NCBI GenBank assembly: GCA_001244265.2
Contig: CDLV01000005.1
Coordinates: forward strand, 1,054,001-1,118,000
Source of the DNA: Microbotryum violaceum
Lineage: Eukaryota
Direction: 5' to 3'
DNA: 64,000 nucleotides
The position numbers and the translations under genes were made by a program. Within the stretch, counting starts at the first letter, position 1. Every line of letters starts with the position of its first letter. A model generated the notes under the pieces. That model was given only the letters and a program-made list of their open reading frames with translations, searched no databases and had not been told where the DNA came from. This document shows positions 62,132-64,000 of this stretch, in pieces.

Positions 62132-64000
62132 ATGAGTGGCTACGGTGGTGGGCCTCCTCCCAGGGGAACTGCCCAGCAGCAGCACCAGCACCAGCACCAG
62201 CAATACGCGCACCAGCAGCAGCAACAGCAGCAACAGTACCACCAACAACCGCCGCAACAGCATGGCCGTGGTCTGGCTTCGGTCGGATCGGCCAGTGCGC
62301 TCTTTGGTGACCAGCAACACCAGGACGACGACCTGTTCAACGTGCAGCAGCATCAGCACCAGCAGCCATACGGCCAGATCGACACCGTCATCGAGGAGGA
62401 TGAGCCCGACTCGCCTCAGATGAATCGCTACGGCCAAGCTCAACCGACGCAACAGTCACACCAACAGCAATACCCAGGTTACGACCAGCAACAACAGGCC
62501 GGCTACGAGGAGCCACCGTTCGAACCGCCGTACTACCCCGACTTCATCTACGACGCCGCGTCCAACTCGTACTTGCCTGATCCCCAAGCCCAAGCCGCGG
62601 CCGATGAGTCGTGGGGACAGGAAGGACAATACGACCAATCAGGCCACTACGACCAACAGGGGCAATACGTTCAGCAAGTGCAGTACGATCAGCAAGGCCA
62701 GTACGCCTACTCTAACGAGCAGCAACCGAAGCAGCAGCAGCAGCACGAGCAGCAATACGGCGACTACTCCCACGCTCAATCTCAGCAAGGCCAGGACCCA
62801 TCTCACCAAGGTGGCGGAGAATACGACCATCAACCTTTCGAGCCGTCTTACTACCCTGGGTTCATCTACGATGCCGCTTCGAACTCGTACCTGCCCGACC
62901 CGAACGCGCAAGCCGCGAATGAGACCCAGGCTGATGAGGGCGGTTGGGACCCGAGTCAGCAAGAGGACTATTCCCAACAAGACAAAGGCCACGTCAAGGG
63001 AGGAAACAGCAACGATGCTACTGCTCTTGCCTCCGCCGAACACCAACAAGGCCTGCCCGACTCTGCCCCCTCTCACGAGGAGACGATCGTCTGGAACGAC
63101 GAATCGTGTGCCTCCGCCCCCGGAACGGATTCAGCACCGTTCGCTAACTCTGGTGACGCCCAACAGCCCGAGGACTGGGCGCAATACGATCAGTACGACG
63201 AGAGCAATGTCTTCGGCCAGGACGGTGGTGCGAACGCCTATGAACAGCAAGGCTACTCGTACGAACAAACGGAAAAACAATACGATTCCTATTCGCCGAA
63301 CGAGACCTCGGACCAGCCGCTCTCGGCCACGACAGCGACCGATCCATCTCACGAGGAGCAACCGGCAGCCTCCAGCACTCAAGCACCCTCGCCACCACCT
63401 GCTGCGTCGCAGAAGGAACCAGTCGAGCCATCGCCGCCTGCGCATGCCGAGCAGGAGCACGACGCCTACAACCAGGGATCTTACGAAGACGAAGGCGCAC
63501 AGCCCGACAATCTTGACACGACGTGGGGCCAGGAACAAGGTGAATACGAGGCAACGAGTTGGACTTACCAGAATGCGCAGGGTCCGCAGGAAAACTCGTT
63601 CGAGCCCTACGCGCAGCAAGGCCAACAGTCATGGGATCAGGGCGAATACGATCAGGCGGGCTACGATGAGAGTCAAGGTCAGGCTCAAGCTTCGTACCTG
63701 GAGCAAGAGGACCAGCAACAGTACTCGGACCAACAGTACAATGCGTACGCTCGGGCGCCTGTCGCGGCTCCAGCACCACCAACTGCCACCGCCGCAGCTC
63801 CGGCTCCTCCCCGGCAAGCAACGGCACCGCCGCCGCCTCGAGCTCAACCCAAGCCGACATCAGATGTCGCTCGAGCGCCCCTGTCACCACGGCGGGCGAA
63901 GCCGTCGCAACGGCAGCCGGAGCCCCAGGCGGCGCAGCGACAGGAACAGCAAGCACCCGCCGTAGACGCCCCTTACGACCCGTATGCGCCTGTCCGACAG
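62132..64000 (+). CDS. 5' part of a large Gln/Tyr-rich low-complexity protein, possibly COPII scaffold Sec16 (runs off window)
   Basis: ATG 62132 opens MSGYGGGPPPRGTAQQQH...SASALFGDQQHQDDDLF...YDPYAP with no stop to 64000. The Sec16 guess rests only on ALFG/DDDLF/YDPYAP-type motifs; the conserved central domain is not in the window. Confidence 0.65.
   Translation, partial: MSGYGGGPPPRGTAQQQHQHQHQQYAHQQQQQQQQYHQQPPQQHGRGLASVGSASALFGDQQHQDDDLFNVQQHQHQQPYGQIDTVIEEDEPDSPQMNRYGQAQPTQQSHQQQYPGYDQQQQAGYEEPPFEPPYYPDFIYDAASNSYLPDPQAQAAADESWGQEGQYDQSGHYDQQGQYVQQVQYDQQGQYAYSNEQQPKQQQQHEQQYGDYSHAQSQQGQDPSHQGGGEYDHQPFEPSYYPGFIYDAASNSYLPDPNAQAANETQADEGGWDPSQQEDYSQQDKGHVKGGNSNDATALASAEHQQGLPDSAPSHEETIVWNDESCASAPGTDSAPFANSGDAQQPEDWAQYDQYDESNVFGQDGGANAYEQQGYSYEQTEKQYDSYSPNETSDQPLSATTATDPSHEEQPAASSTQAPSPPPAASQKEPVEPSPPAHAEQEHDAYNQGSYEDEGAQPDNLDTTWGQEQGEYEATSWTYQNAQGPQENSFEPYAQQGQQSWDQGEYDQAGYDESQGQAQASYLEQEDQQQYSDQQYNAYARAPVAAPAPPTATAAAPAPPRQATAPPPPRAQPKPTSDVARAPLSPRRAKPSQRQPEPQAAQRQEQQAPAVDAPYDPYAPVRQ

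Noticed and set aside
62604-63965. 453-aa Thr/Arg-rich + strand ORF and overlapping minus-strand ORFs in the ORF track
   Set aside because: These are shadow frames of the Q/Y-rich coding frame starting at 62132, which the track omits because it has no stop in the window.
1-64000. CRISPR arrays, rRNA, tRNA, operons or a secondary-metabolite cluster
   Set aside because: Eukaryotic intron-containing locus. I saw no repeat-spacer array, rRNA/tRNA signature or PKS/NRPS backbone gene. The hydrolase, TF and MFS adjacency alone is not evidence of a cluster.

Overview
Intron-rich, GC-rich fungal nuclear DNA. The gene and intron style suggests a basidiomycete, probably Microbotryomycetes or a red-yeast relative (inference). 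I reconstructed about 20 spliced genes by eye: an HSF-domain transcription factor, OTU deubiquitinase, SWIM/RING protein, a bifunctional HBS1/SKI7 locus, epoxide hydrolase, Zn2Cys6 TF, Tgl2-like lipase, MFS (MCT-type) transporter, QTRT2, a divergent eIF4E, a Pcl/Clg1-like cyclin, CNS1/TTC4, a PPR protein, a C2H2 TF, MSH4, ATG10, a peroxisomal acyl-CoA dehydrogenase, a Mkk1-type MAPKK, and a partial Q/Y-rich protein that may be Sec16. Non-coding highlights are a 567-bp hAT-type element with a perfect 8-bp TSD and, directly beside it, an unexplained highly structured + strand RNA (about 12960-13500) with a C(UUCG)G hairpin and a perfect 10-bp loop-loop complement. Other notable signals are an apparent CUG start for ATG10, a non-AUG N-terminal extension of the lipase, three GC-AG introns, and a possible poison exon in the HSF gene. 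No database searches were run; all exon boundaries are manual.
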